NCBI GenBank assembly: GCA_050014355.1
Contig: JBEKDL010000002.1
Location: forward strand, 2,503-66,502
DNA: 64,000 nt
Direction of reading: 5' to 3'
Origin: Dehalococcoidales bacterium
GTDB taxonomy: Bacteria > Chloroflexota > Dehalococcoidia > Dehalococcoidales > RBG-16-60-22
Below are positions 27,535-38,015 of the stretch, in pieces (position 1 is the first letter of the stretch; each line of letters starts with the position of its first letter). The position numbers were made by a program, and so were the translations under genes. The notes under the pieces were generated by a model. It was not told the DNA's origin. It worked only from the letters and a program-made list of their open reading frames with translations, and did not search any database.

Positions 27535-27665
27535 CTACGCTACCCTCCGCCGGAAGAATCTCTTATTATTTATAACGGATTTTTCGGGTCAAGGTTAGTG
27601 TTTCCGGGGGGAAATCCCGGAAGCGCGCTGTCAATATTTAAGGCTATTAGCTATAATGGGTCGGG

Positions 27666-28289
27666 ATGAATGAAAGCTCGCGTCGCTCCAGGAATATAGC
27701 CATTGCGATACTGGCGGCGATGATAGTCATCAGTGTTGTCGGCGCCGTACTCCTGGTACAGCACTCGAAATATATCACCCGGCTTGAGCAGCAGGGGTAT
27801 CTCGGCCTCTTCATCATCTCTATCTTCGCCGGTTCGCCGATACCCATACCGACCCCGAGCATGATACTTACTTTTACTCTGGGTAGTATTTTGAGTCCTT
27901 TCCTGGTCGGGCTGGTCTCCGGCAGCGGCAACGCCGCCGGCAACGCGCTGATTTTCTGGACGGGGCGCAGCGGGCACAAGGTAATTCAGAACTTTATGGT
28001 GACCGACCTATCCGGCACCCCGCCCCGCTCGAAAATAGGGCGGTTTTTCAGGAGATTATCAAGGGTGCCGGAATTTGCCAGCCGGAGGGTGCTGATGGCG
28101 GTATTTTTTCTATCGATATATCCCAATCCCATCCTCACCCCCTTGATTCTGGGGATGGGGGCAACGCGTTTTAGCTTCTGGCAATTTTTTCTGGCAATCT
28201 GGGCCGGTAAGACCGCCCAGTGTATGATATTAAGCTACCTGGGATACTTCGGCCTGCGTTCGCTCATGAGGTTTTTCGGGATTTTCTAG
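27666..28289 (+). CDS. VTT/DedA-like membrane protein
   Basis: 207 aa and multi-pass. YLGLFIISIFAGSPIPIPTP resembles the DedA/SNARE-associated (VTT) domain entry motif. Confidence 0.55.
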   Translation: MNESSRRSRNIAIAILAAMIVISVVGAVLLVQHSKYITRLEQQGYLGLFIISIFAGSPIPIPTPSMILTFTLGSILSPFLVGLVSGSGNAAGNALIFWTGRSGHKVIQNFMVTDLSGTPPRSKIGRFFRRLSRVPEFASRRVLMAVFFLSIYPNPILTPLILGMGATRFSFWQFFLAIWAGKTAQCMILSYLGYFGLRSLMRFFGIF

Positions 28290-28341
28290 GCAGGCCGGCT
28301 CCCCTAGCGATATTTTCCAAAACCTGTTATATTATCTGTAA

Positions 28342-29073
28342 ATGCGCTACGCCTTCATCGCCGATATTCACGCCAATCTGGCTGCTTTACAGGCCGTGCT
28401 CGAGGATATTCAGGTAAAAGGCAGGGTGGATGAGATATGGTCCCTCGGTGATATCGTGGGCTATGGGCCGGACCCGCGCCAGTGCCTCGAACTGGTCAAG
28501 AAATACTGCGCCGTGAACATCGCCGGCAATCATGACCTGGCCGCTATCGGCAAGATAGAGCTATCCTATTTTAATCCCGCAGCGGCCGAAGCCTGCCGGT
28601 GGACGATGAATGAGTTGAATCCGGTAGACGTGCATTACCTCGCGGACCTGCCCCTGAAAATGGAAAAAAATGATTTTACGCTGATGCACGGCAGCCCGTC
28701 AGACCCGGTCCTGGAATACGTGATATCCGCCAGTATCGCGGAAAAAAACTTCGCTTTTTTTGATAAGAAATTCTGCCTGGTGGGACACTCCCACGTGCCC
28801 GCTGCTTTCAGGCAGGAAGGCAACACCGCCCAGACGATACACCTTATGGAAGGCGTTGGTCTGGTGCTGCATACGCACCGGATGATAGTTAATCCGGGGA
28901 GCGTGGGACAGCCAAGGGACGGCGACCCGCGCGCCAGCTACGCCATCTACGAAAGCGAAGGTATGATGCTCCGTTTGCACCGCGTGGAATATAATATCAA
29001 TGCCACGCAGGATAAAATGATGCAGGCCAACCTGCCTGTATCGCTCATTACGCGCCTGGAACAGGGACGCTAG
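28342..29073 (+). CDS. Metallophosphoesterase (calcineurin-like, YfcE/MJ0936-type)
   Basis: 243 aa with the metal-binding motifs IADIHAN, GDIVGYGPDP, GNHD and GHSH. Confidence 0.85.
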   Translation: MRYAFIADIHANLAALQAVLEDIQVKGRVDEIWSLGDIVGYGPDPRQCLELVKKYCAVNIAGNHDLAAIGKIELSYFNPAAAEACRWTMNELNPVDVHYLADLPLKMEKNDFTLMHGSPSDPVLEYVISASIAEKNFAFFDKKFCLVGHSHVPAAFRQEGNTAQTIHLMEGVGLVLHTHRMIVNPGSVGQPRDGDPRASYAIYESEGMMLRLHRVEYNINATQDKMMQANLPVSLITRLEQGR

Positions 29074-29087
29074 TCCCTGAAAATAGA

Positions 29088-29115
29088 GGAGGCGGGTCTT
29101 CGCGACTCCGCCTCC
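29088..29115. terminator. Hairpin between convergent genes (GGAGGCGG...CCGCCTCC)
   Basis: 8-bp GC-rich stem read directly. It lies between the stop at 29073 (+) and the stop at 29147 (-). Confidence 0.55.
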
Positions 29116-29146
29116 TTGATCAACTCTTTCAGTATTCGGTTCAGAG

Positions 29147-30178
29147 TTAAGCGCCTATCTTGATATCGTTTTTAGGTATTTGCTGGGTCTTGATTTTACT
29201 AATCAGCACGTTGGCGATGATGGGGTCGAACTGGGTGCCGCTATACCATACCAGCTCCTCCATGGCGTCGTGCTTGGACATGGCCCGCCGATAAGGGCGG
29301 TCGGAGGTCATGGCCTGGAAAGCATCGGCCACGGCGATAATCCTGGCCCCCAGAGGGATATCTTTGCCGCGGATTTTCTGGTCCAGCCCGGAACCGTCAT
29401 AGCGGTCATGATGGTGAGAAATCATATCGACTACCTTATCGTTAACGAAAGGCTTGACCAGGTTGGGGCCGATGATGGCGTGGGTCATAATGTGGCGGTA
29501 TTCGCTTGAGGTCAACTCGCCGGGTTTGTTAAGAATATTGGGGTCAACGGCAATTTTACCCACATCATGCAGCAGGGCGGCCCAGCGCAGGTCGTCCATA
29601 TCCTCGGGGGAAAACCCCATTTGTTTGCCGATGGAAAGAGAAAGCTCCGATACCTCCTGGGAGTGTCCCTTGATGTAGCTGTCCAGCGATTCCAGGGTGT
29701 TGACGAGAGCTTCCACGGTACCGAGGAACAGCCTCCTGGGCTCTTTATGGCCGCCTTCTTTCCTGCCGATATCCTGAAAATAGCGTTGAATTTCCAGCGC
29801 TACTCTCCGCTTGTCCAGTGTACCGTTGATGCTCTGTAAAATCTGCTCGAATTTAAACGGTTTATTAATATAGTCCTGGGCGCCGTTCTGGATGCACCTG
29901 GCGATAATCTTCGTATCGCTGACGCCGCTGGCCATAATCACGGCCGTTTCCGGGAAATTCAAGGTAATATCCGGCAGCACCTCATAGCCCTGTCTGCCGG
30001 GCATATTGATATCCATGATAACGAGGTCGGTTTGTTTTTCTTTCAGCTTGGCCAGGGCCTCTTCGCCGTCGCCGGCTTCATCGCAGGCGTAGCCGCGCAT
30101 GGCCAGGCCTTTATTTAAAATACCCCTGATGGCTTCTTCGTCATCAACGAGCAGTATGCTCTCTTTCGGAATGGTCAT
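29147..30178 (-). CDS. Response regulator with an HD-GYP-type phosphohydrolase output domain
   Basis: The ORF track gives 29147-30265; ATG 30178 with a GGAGGTGG RBS is preferred. The REC domain is ILLVDDEE...DLVIMDINMPG. The HD domain has LLHDVGK and HHHDRYDGSGLD, so the GYP triplet reads GLD here. No cognate kinase is adjacent. Confidence 0.85.
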   Translation of the reverse strand: MTIPKESILLVDDEEAIRGILNKGLAMRGYACDEAGDGEEALAKLKEKQTDLVIMDINMPGRQGYEVLPDITLNFPETAVIMASGVSDTKIIARCIQNGAQDYINKPFKFEQILQSINGTLDKRRVALEIQRYFQDIGRKEGGHKEPRRLFLGTVEALVNTLESLDSYIKGHSQEVSELSLSIGKQMGFSPEDMDDLRWAALLHDVGKIAVDPNILNKPGELTSSEYRHIMTHAIIGPNLVKPFVNDKVVDMISHHHDRYDGSGLDQKIRGKDIPLGARIIAVADAFQAMTSDRPYRRAMSKHDAMEELVWYSGTQFDPIIANVLISKIKTQQIPKNDIKIGA

Positions 30179-30409
30179 TTGCCCACCTCCCCGGTAGTGC
30201 ACTTCCTGGTAATAAGATTGTAAGAGGCGGACGCTAAACAAGTTATTAATATCGAACGTTGGCACATAAATAAATAGTAAAGATTTTTAAGGCCTTTAAC
30301 GTTATGAATTTGTAACTTTTTACCCCGTCAATTTATGACTATTGCAAGCGTTGCTGATATAATTAATATATAGAGTATTCGTCAACGATGGATTTCAAGG
30401 AGGTCAATT

Positions 30410-30643
30410 ATGATGTGGTGGGGTTGGCACGGCTGGGGCGCGGGCCTGATGATTTTGTTGATGCTGGTGTTCTGGGGCGGCATTATCGGGCTGATTGTAT
30501 GGGTGGTTACCCGGCTGACCAGGCAGGGAACGCACTCCGGCGGCGAAAAGCAAAATCCGCTGGATATCGCCCGGGAGCGCTATGCCTGCGGGGAAATAAA
30601 TAAAGAGCAGTTCGAACAGATTAAGAAAGACCTGTCCGGGTGA
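30410..30643 (+). CDS. SHOCT-domain small membrane protein
   Basis: 77 aa with a Trp/Gly-rich N-terminal helix and the C-terminal ARERYACGEINKEQFEQIKKDL, which is the SHOCT motif. Confidence 0.75.
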   Translation: MMWWGWHGWGAGLMILLMLVFWGGIIGLIVWVVTRLTRQGTHSGGEKQNPLDIARERYACGEINKEQFEQIKKDLSG

Positions 30644-30660
30644 TTTCTGATCTCATCACT

Positions 30661-30714
30661 CTAAATTCTAATCCCCATTCCCCTATTGGAGTTTAGAATT
30701 TAGTATTTAGAATT
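30661..30714. terminator. AT-rich hairpin / TTTAGAATTT repeat between convergent genes
   Basis: CTAAATTCTAA (30661-71) pairs with TTAGAATTTAG (30693-703). TTTAGAATTT recurs at 30705-14. Confidence 0.4.
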
Positions 30715-30722
30715 TCCCCCTT

Positions 30723-33653
30723 TTACCGCTTACCGACGTATTTCTCCGGGTCAGCTTTGAATCTGTCCCGGCAGGAAAGGGCGCAAAAGTAGTAGGTCTT
30801 GCTCTTGTAGTCCATTTTGGCGGCGGCGGTCTTCGGGTCGATTTCCATTCCGCAAACGAGGTCTTTAACAGTAGCCATGGCTCCCTCCTGTGTTTTTCTT
30901 TCGCTGACTTCGACTCTGGGCTCTATTTTTTCCGGGGCCGGCGCGCCCAGCGGGGCCGGTTTATAGCTGCGGAGGCGGTTGGCATTGGAGACAACCGAGA
31001 GCGAGCTGAAGGCCATGGCCGCCGCGCTTATCATCGGGCTCAACAGAATGCCGAAGGCGGGGTAAAGCGCGCCGGCAGCGATGGGAATTCCGATAGTGTT
31101 ATAAATAAAGGCGAAGGTCAGGTTCTGGCGGATATTCCTCATGGCAGCGCGGCTCAAGCTGATGGCGGTGACCACCCCCTTAAGCTCCCCGGAAATAAGC
31201 GTGATATCGGAGGACTCGATGGCGACATCCGCGCCCGTGCCGATGGCGATGCCGATATCCGCCTGCGCCAGGGCCGGGGCATCGTTAATGCCATCGCCGA
31301 CCATGCCGACCAGCTTGTTCTCGCCCTGTAGCCTCTTTACCTCCAGCGCTTTGTCCTGCGGCAGCACTTCTGCCAGGACGCGCTCGATGCCTACCTGCCG
31401 GGCAATGGCGGCGGCGGTGTGGCGGTTATCTCCGGTAATCATCACCACCTCGATGCCGAGGCGTTTTAAAGCGGCGATGGCGGCCGCCGACTCTTCCTTG
31501 ACCGTATCCGCTACAGCAACGATTCCAGCCGGGCGGCCGTCCACGGCGGCGTACATCACCGTTTTACCGTCGGCGGCCAGGCGCTCCGCCTGTTTTTCCA
31601 GCTCCGCGGTCGGCATACCGGCGTCTTCGAGCAGGTAGCGCGTGCCCACGAGCACACTGCGCCCGTCCACCGCCACTTTTATTCCCTGGCCGGTAAACGA
31701 CTCGAAATTCCCCGGCTCTGTCAGCACCAGTCCCCTGTCCCGGGCGCTCTGGACTATCGCCTGCCCGAGCGGGTGCTCCGAGGAACGTTCCGCGGAAGCG
31801 ACCAGCCGCAAAAGCTCATCAGCGCCGATGCCGTCAGCGGGCACGATGTCCGTCAGCGATGGTTTGCCTTTAGTAATCGTGCCGGTCTTATCCAGCACCA
31901 GTATTTTAAGCTTATGGGCAGTCTCCAGCGCTTCGGCGGAGCGGATAAGGATGCCGTTCTGCGCCCCCTTACCGGTGCCAACCATGATGGAAAGCGGCGT
32001 GGCCAGGCCAAGGGCGCAGGGGCAGGCGATGATGAGCACCGCCACGGCATTCACCAGTGAAAATATCAGGGCGGGCGCCGGCCCGAAGTTATACCACACG
32101 ATAAATGTAATAATAGCGATGAAAATTACCCCCGGCACGAAACGGCTGGCGACGAGGTCGGCCAGGCGCTGGATGGGGGCTTTAGAGCCCTGCGCCTGCT
32201 CCACCAGCTGGATTATCTGGGCCAGCATGGTGTCTTTGCCTACCCTGGTCGCGCGGAAGCGGAATGAGCCGGTCTGGTTGATGGTGGCGCCGATGATGCT
32301 ATCGCCTTTGTCCCGGGTAACCGGCAGGCTTTCCCCGGTGACCATCGACTCGTCCAGCGTCGAACGGCCTTCGATGATTTCGCCGTCCACCGGCACTTTC
32401 TCACCGGGGCGCACGATGACGACATCGCCCACCCGGACTTCCTCGATGGGTATATCCTGCTCGCGACCTTCACGCACCACGCGGGCCGTCCTGGCTTGCA
32501 GGCCGATGAGCTTGCGGATGGCCTCGCCGGTGCCGCCCTTGGCGATGGCCTCGATAAGGCGGCCGAACAATATTAGTGTAATAATCACACCGACGGATTC
32601 AAAGTACACCTGGCGCAGGTTTTCCGGCAGGATGCCGGGCGCGACGGTGACGACCAGGCTGTAGCCGTAAGCCGCCGTGGTGCCGATGGTGATGAGGGTG
32701 TTCATATCGGCGGTGCGGTGGCTCAAGGTAAGCCAGCCGGTGCGGTGTATCGGCCAGCCGCAGTAAAACATCACCGGCGTGATGAGCGCCAGCTGGAACC
32801 AGCGGTTGAGCAGGATGGAGGGAATCCAGGTCACGCCGAAAAGGTCATGCGCCATAACGGAAAAGACCACCGGCAATGAAAGCACCGCCGCGATAATCAG
32901 TCTTCGGGCAAGCTCGCGGCGTTCGGTGTGCCTGGCAGCTGACTCGCGGTCTTCGGTCTCGGTGGAGCCGGGCTGGCTGCGCCGGCGCACCTTGTACCCC
33001 GCGCTTTCGATGGCTTTTTGCATCTTATCCGGGGAAATCAGGGCGGGGTCATAGCTGGCGGTCACGCGGTCGTTGCCGACGTTGACTTTGATGTCATCGA
33101 CGCCGGGCAGGTAGCTTAGTCCCTTTTCGATATTGACGGCGCAGGAGGCGCAGGTCACGCCGCCTGCCAAAGTAAACTCGACCTTTTCTGTCTGGCCGGC
33201 CGGCAGCTGCGGACCTACGCCTACCGCCCGGGCGAATTCGCGGTGAGGCTCTTCATGAGTTAACGCAGACTCTGACTCTTTTTCCTCAACGATGATGGTG
33301 CCGTGCAGCATATTCATGCCGCAGGCGAAACCGAACTCGCCGGCTTTATCCGGCGTAAATTCGAGGGTCGTTTTAGCGAAGGGCGCCAGCGTTTTGCTGA
33401 CATGAAAGTCCGGAAAAACTACTCGTTCACTGCAGTCGCCGGCTTCCTGGCGGTCGAATACCAGGCGCAGCGGCACACCTTTCCTGACCCGGATGATGTC
33501 CGGAGAATATCCGCCCTTGACCGTGATGACTATCTCCTGGGCGTTCCCGGTAACGCGCGCCGTCCTGGCCTGCCTCGAGCCGAAGAAGAACCATGAAAGG
33601 AAGCCGATTAACGCCAGCCCGGCCAGCGCTATGACTATTCCTGATACCATCAA
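30723..33653 (-). CDS. copA: Copper-translocating P1B-type ATPase with an N-terminal cupredoxin-like domain, an HMA domain and a C-terminal TRASH/YHS domain
   Basis: 976 aa with HMA (GVTCASCAV), the CPC motif (ACPCALG), DKTGT and [11 protein letters not shown] helix plus a beta-sandwich-like N-terminus ends in [10 protein letters not shown]. The C-terminal VCGMEIDPK...[19 protein letters not shown] is the TRASH/YHS domain. Confidence 0.9.
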   Translation of the reverse strand: MMVSGIVIALAGLALIGFLSWFFFGSRQARTARVTGNAQEIVITVKGGYSPDIIRVRKGVPLRLVFDRQEAGDCSERVVFPDFHVSKTLAPFAKTTLEFTPDKAGEFGFACGMNMLHGTIIVEEKESESALTHEEPHREFARAVGVGPQLPAGQTEKVEFTLAGGVTCASCAVNIEKGLSYLPGVDDIKVNVGNDRVTASYDPALISPDKMQKAIESAGYKVRRRSQPGSTETEDRESAARHTERRELARRLIIAAVLSLPVVFSVMAHDLFGVTWIPSILLNRWFQLALITPVMFYCGWPIHRTGWLTLSHRTADMNTLITIGTTAAYGYSLVVTVAPGILPENLRQVYFESVGVIITLILFGRLIEAIAKGGTGEAIRKLIGLQARTARVVREGREQDIPIEEVRVGDVVIVRPGEKVPVDGEIIEGRSTLDESMVTGESLPVTRDKGDSIIGATINQTGSFRFRATRVGKDTMLAQIIQLVEQAQGSKAPIQRLADLVASRFVPGVIFIAIITFIVWYNFGPAPALIFSLVNAVAVLIIACPCALGLATPLSIMVGTGKGAQNGILIRSAEALETAHKLKILVLDKTGTITKGKPSLTDIVPADGIGADELLRLVASAERSSEHPLGQAIVQSARDRGLVLTEPGNFESFTGQGIKVAVDGRSVLVGTRYLLEDAGMPTAELEKQAERLAADGKTVMYAAVDGRPAGIVAVADTVKEESAAAIAALKRLGIEVVMITGDNRHTAAAIARQVGIERVLAEVLPQDKALEVKRLQGENKLVGMVGDGINDAPALAQADIGIAIGTGADVAIESSDITLISGELKGVVTAISLSRAAMRNIRQNLTFAFIYNTIGIPIAAGALYPAFGILLSPMISAAAMAFSSLSVVSNANRLRSYKPAPLGAPAPEKIEPRVEVSERKTQEGAMATVKDLVCGMEIDPKTAAAKMDYKSKTYYFCALSCRDRFKADPEKYVGKR

Positions 33654-33874
33654 ACATTATCTCCGTATCAGATATCAAGCTGATTCAGAAAAGATGTACC
33701 TATTTCTATGATAGCACATTACAGGACGGCGCTCCCGGCACCTATCTTTGTAATAATGTCCATCTCCCTTCGACCTTAATGCGATGCCGCGAGCGCCATC
33801 ATTGAACATTGTAAAAAACGGGAGATTGAAAAGTTATAAAACGGCGGGGGAAATCATTACAAATGTATGACATT

Positions 33875-33905
33875 AAAAAGGCCGGCAATACGCGGTATCG
33901 CCGGC
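33875..33905 (-). terminator. Intrinsic terminator after the KaiC-like ATPase gene
   Basis: The hairpin is GCCGGC-aATAC-gcg-GTATc-GCCGGC (33881-33905). On the minus strand it is followed by CTTTTT. Confidence 0.6.
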
Positions 33906-33933
33906 GCCTTAAACGTAAAATAGCCCGATTTTA

Positions 33934-34671
33934 CTAGACCCTGATGCGCACAAAGGGTAGAATCTGAATGCCCACTCCGGGTTTAATCTCGAATCTCATA
34001 CCTTCCCCGCCCCAGCGCTCCACACCGCCGAGCTTGGTAACCTCCAGTATCTTGATAATCCTGGAATCTACCTTACCGGTCTCCAGCATCGCGTCGTGAG
34101 ACCGGAGCTTAAGATAATAATCGCTCATCATGTAGGCGCGGTAGAATGACTTCTTTTCAAAGGCGTGGCTATCGATGGCCATGACAATCGTGAGTCCGTT
34201 ACCGCACATTTCCTTGCATGATTGTAAGAAGTCTACTTTGACCACCAGATTGACCCTGGTCAGGTATACCGATGGCGAATCGATGACGACCATCTTAAAT
34301 TGCGGCGGCAGACCCTGAATATGATTGATGATAAGCTTCAGGGACTTTTGGGGCTCCCTCAAGACGGTTTTTGAATAAATTTTGTACACTCTAAGGCGGT
34401 CGTCTGCCAGATCGTCAGATGTGTCGAGGGACATGGAGTTCATCTGGGCAGTCAGTCCGTCAACGTGATATTCCGAAGAATAGTAAGCGACGGGGCTCCC
34501 CCGGGTGTTTAACACGGCGAAAGCGATGTGCTGGCACAGCACGCTTTTCCCGGTCTTGGCTTCACCCTCGATAAGCACGAGAGAGCCTTCCTTAATACCG
34601 CCCCCCAGAGCCTCGGCGATGTCCTTGATGCCGGAGGTACCGGGGTCGCTGGTCGTTGTCATGGCGAGCAT
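33934..34671 (-). CDS. KaiC/RecA-superfamily ATPase (FlaH/ArlH-like single domain), orphan
   Basis: 245 aa with Walker A GEAKTGKS and a Walker-B-like MVVIDS. The overall layout matches single-domain KaiC-like ATPases. Confidence 0.7.
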   Translation of the reverse strand: MLAMTTTSDPGTSGIKDIAEALGGGIKEGSLVLIEGEAKTGKSVLCQHIAFAVLNTRGSPVAYYSSEYHVDGLTAQMNSMSLDTSDDLADDRLRVYKIYSKTVLREPQKSLKLIINHIQGLPPQFKMVVIDSPSVYLTRVNLVVKVDFLQSCKEMCGNGLTIVMAIDSHAFEKKSFYRAYMMSDYYLKLRSHDAMLETGKVDSRIIKILEVTKLGGVERWGGEGMRFEIKPGVGIQILPFVRIRV

Positions 34672-34858
34672 AGTTCTTCAGTCTCCCCTTTTATGATATC
34701 CCTACTTTAAACCGGATGTCATAAAAAGGGTATAAACGTTATCGTTGGAGGCATAAACATTCCGTTAACAATTGTAACGTTTTAATTTCCACGATGCTTT
34801 TTAGGTTTCATACGTGATACAATAAATCTGAACATATAAAAAATTCCGGGGGGCATTT

Positions 34859-36571
34859 GTGCAAAGCCTGGGCATCGGGCTTGACCTGCTGGTCGTCCTG
34901 GCGGCGGCAATCGCCGGGGGCGTGGTCGCTCGCCTATTGCGGCTACCGGTTATCCTCGGCTACCTGGCGGGTGGTGTCGCGGTGGGGCCTTTCGGCCTGG
35001 GCCTGGTGCATGAGACCGAGTCGATTAACTCTCTGGCTAACATAGGCGTCGTTCTCCTGCTTTTTGCCATCGGTCTGGAGTTCTCCCTTAAAGAATTGGT
35101 AAAGCTGGGTAAAGTTTCCGTGCTGGGCGGCATCGCCCAGATAGTGCTGACGGCGGCCGCCGGCTACGTGCTGGGAAGGGTGATGGGTCTGGCTTCCGCA
35201 GGCGCAGTTATTTTCGGCTTTATCATCGCCCTAAGCAGCACCATGGTGGTGTTGAAGCTCTTGATGGACCGGGGAGAGATTGACACCATCCACGGCCGCG
35301 TGATGCTGGGGATTCTCCTGGTGCAGGACCTTAGCGTCGTCCCGATAATGGTCGTGATGTCGGCTCTCGGGGGTCAGACGGGCGCGCTGTGGGTGTCTTT
35401 AAGTATCGCGCTTGGCAAAGCGGCGGGTTTCATCGCGGTGATGCTCGCCCTGGGTATCTGGGTAATGCCCTGGTTCATGAAAAAGGTGGCCGGCCAGCGT
35501 TCGCGGGAGCTCTTTTTGCTGACGGTGATAGTCGTGTGCCTGGCAGCGGCTTTCGGCACATATTACTTCGGTCTTTCAGCGGCCTTCGGCGCTTTCGCCG
35601 CCGGGCTGCTTATCAGCCAGTCCGGTTTCGCCCGGCAGGCGTTTGCCGATATTCTCCCCTTTCGGGATACCTTTGCCGCCCTCTTTTTCGTCTCGCTGGG
35701 TATGCTGGCCAACCTGCATTTCATCGGGCAAAACGCGGGCACCGTGGCGCTGGTGGTGGTGGTAATCATCGCGGTGAAATTCGTCATCTGCTCGTTCATC
35801 ACAAGGGTTTTCGGTTACAGTCACAAAACGGTACTGATGGTCGGCACGGGCCTTATACAGATAGGAGAGTTCAGTTTTGTCCTGGCTTTGATAGGGGTAA
35901 CAATGAAACCGCCCCTGTTCTCTAACGAAGTATATAATTTGATAATAGCCTCGGCCATCGTCACCATGCTGCTGACCCCCTTCGCCATGAGTTTGAACTC
36001 TTTTCTTTACCGCTGGTTAAGCCAGAAGCGATGGTTCGCGCGCTGGATGGTAGGCGGTAAGCAAGATACCTGGAACTTCGAGACGCCCGGACTGGCCCGC
36101 CATGCCGTCATCTGCGGCTACGGCGCTGTTGGCAGCCGGGTAGCCGCCGTCCTGGAAAAACACAAATTCGCGTACCTGGTGATTGAACTCGACCCTACAC
36201 TGATTGCCAGCCTGCGCGCCCGCGGAATACCGCATATCTATGGCGATGCCAGCAATCCCGAAATTCTGGCCCACGCCGGCCTGGATAGAGCGCGCATACT
36301 GGTCTGTACCATACCGGACTACGCAGCGGCAGAGTTGACGGCCCGGAACGCCAAGAAAATCAACCCGAAACTGGATATCGTGGCCAGGGTCCACCGCGAC
36401 GCCGATGCCGAGCTTCTGAAGGGCATCGGTGTAACGGAGCTGGTCTTGCCCTTCTTCGAAGGAAGCCTGGAAATGATACGCCACACGCTACACCGCTTCG
36501 GTATGAGCAACACCGATATACAATATATCTTAAATAACCTGCGCCAGTCGCAGATAAAAAAGACCGAATAA
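34859..36571 (+). CDS. CPA2 cation:proton antiporter with a C-terminal TrkA-N (RCK) domain (Kef/YbaL-type)
   Basis: 570 aa with a GTG start. It has about 12 hydrophobic segments followed by a Rossmann motif, ICGYGAVGSRVA. Confidence 0.85.
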   Translation: MQSLGIGLDLLVVLAAAIAGGVVARLLRLPVILGYLAGGVAVGPFGLGLVHETESINSLANIGVVLLLFAIGLEFSLKELVKLGKVSVLGGIAQIVLTAAAGYVLGRVMGLASAGAVIFGFIIALSSTMVVLKLLMDRGEIDTIHGRVMLGILLVQDLSVVPIMVVMSALGGQTGALWVSLSIALGKAAGFIAVMLALGIWVMPWFMKKVAGQRSRELFLLTVIVVCLAAAFGTYYFGLSAAFGAFAAGLLISQSGFARQAFADILPFRDTFAALFFVSLGMLANLHFIGQNAGTVALVVVVIIAVKFVICSFITRVFGYSHKTVLMVGTGLIQIGEFSFVLALIGVTMKPPLFSNEVYNLIIASAIVTMLLTPFAMSLNSFLYRWLSQKRWFARWMVGGKQDTWNFETPGLARHAVICGYGAVGSRVAAVLEKHKFAYLVIELDPTLIASLRARGIPHIYGDASNPEILAHAGLDRARILVCTIPDYAAAELTARNAKKINPKLDIVARVHRDADAELLKGIGVTELVLPFFEGSLEMIRHTLHRFGMSNTDIQYILNNLRQSQIKKTE

Positions 36572-36594
36572 AGCGGATCATCGCGCACGCTTTG

Positions 36595-36634
36595 AACGTA
36601 TACGTTTGACATTCCACCCGAAATTGGTATAAAA
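36595..36634 (+). promoter_or_regulatory. 12-bp perfect palindrome AACGTATACGTT overlapping a sigma70-like promoter (TTGACA-N16/17-TATAAA)
   Basis: The palindrome is at 36595-36606, TTGACA at 36606-11 and TATAAA at 36628-33, all read directly. It lies about 410 nt upstream of the next start codon. Confidence 0.35.
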
Positions 36635-37043
36635 TATAAAGGCACAATTTTCTGTGACCAGATTTACCGGAAAATGTGCAAACAGGCAAAGGGGATAAAG
36701 ATTTCACAGGTAAAGTTCTTTCCGGAAATGACTTCCCTTTGTTAATTTGCGCATTATCACACCCCGCCGACTAGAAAGGTAAGACCGGACTAATCAAGTC
36801 AATATCCGAGCTTGATAATATGGGATTACACGGTATAGAGAGGCAATTAACCTTCTGTTGCTCCTTCTCCATAGTCATTAATGCACTACTCAACTCACCA
36901 CGTGATATGAACGATAGTAGTTGATGCATATTGACGACTCTGAACCACTACCTCTTTTTCCCTTGCCCAGTGGAAGGACTGGCAAGTTGAAATACCAACC
37001 TTAACGTTTTGAGCGAAAAATTTTTACTGGAGGAAAAAACACG

Positions 37044-37979
37044 ATGTCATACCCGAGTTTCAATGCGATTACCCTGGAGAAAGACAAGGAATACCCGAAA
37101 GTTACCTATCTCACCCTGAACCGGCCGGACAAGAACAACTGCATCAGCATCGGCGAAGAGTACATGACCGGCGATATCAAGAAGGCCATGTGGGAAATCA
37201 ACCACGACGATGACTGCAATGTGGTCATCTTCAAGGGCGCCGGCAAGAACTTCTGCGCCGGGTTCGACCTGTCCATGGTCTACCGCGTTTACGGCGGCGC
37301 CAAGGGCGTCAAACCCAGCCAGAGAATCAGGCTCCAGACAGACGAGGACCAGCTTTACGGATTCCCGCAGGCTATCCTGGACTGCAACAAGGTGGTCATG
37401 GTGCAGGTGCACGGCTGGGCTATCGAGGCCGGCCTGTACATCACCAAAGCCGCCGACGTCGTCATCTGCGCCAAAAACGCCAAATTCTCCCAGATGGGTC
37501 AAAGGCTCGCCTTCGGCGGGCTACCCACCCTGCCCCTCGAGCTGGTCATGGGCCACACCAAGAAGGTCGAAGAAATCCTGCTCACCGGCCGCACCATCAG
37601 CGGTGACGAGGCCGAGGAAGCCGGCTATGTGACCAAGGCCGTCCCCGAGGAAGACCTGGAGTCCGAAGTACACAACCTGGCGGCCGCTATCTCCCTTCTC
37701 CCACGCGACTGCGTGGTCATGGGCAAGTTCGCCCGCCGCCACATGCTAAGCCGCCTGGGCCTGACCAATCTCAAAGAGGTTATCCTCTACCACACCTTCA
37801 GCACCAACCTCAAGTACAGCGAGGACGAGAGAGAGCTTATGTTCATCCGCGACCGGGAGGGCATGGGCGAAAGAGAAGCCTTCCATAAGATGCATGAGAA
37901 GTATGAGGAGCGCTTGAACAAGACCAAGTATTTCAAGAGCTACCGCCCGGACCTGGCTGCTGACAAGAAAAAGAAATAA
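37044..37979 (+). CDS. Enoyl-CoA hydratase/isomerase (crotonase) family protein
   Basis: 311 aa with LNRPDKNNC and the oxyanion-hole region GKNFCAGFDL. It also has a C-terminal extension. Confidence 0.85.
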   Translation: MSYPSFNAITLEKDKEYPKVTYLTLNRPDKNNCISIGEEYMTGDIKKAMWEINHDDDCNVVIFKGAGKNFCAGFDLSMVYRVYGGAKGVKPSQRIRLQTDEDQLYGFPQAILDCNKVVMVQVHGWAIEAGLYITKAADVVICAKNAKFSQMGQRLAFGGLPTLPLELVMGHTKKVEEILLTGRTISGDEAEEAGYVTKAVPEEDLESEVHNLAAAISLLPRDCVVMGKFARRHMLSRLGLTNLKEVILYHTFSTNLKYSEDERELMFIRDREGMGEREAFHKMHEKYEERLNKTKYFKSYRPDLAADKKKK

Positions 37980-38015
37980 ATTCTTTGCGATTCTGCTTGA
38001 ATAAGGAGCAATTCT

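Noticed and set aside
33654-33933. Search for a CsoR, CopY or CueR-type operator upstream of copA.
   Set aside because: Only weak, widely separated partial inverted repeats (TTTGTAATAATG ... CATTACAAA) were seen. Nothing is convincing enough to call.
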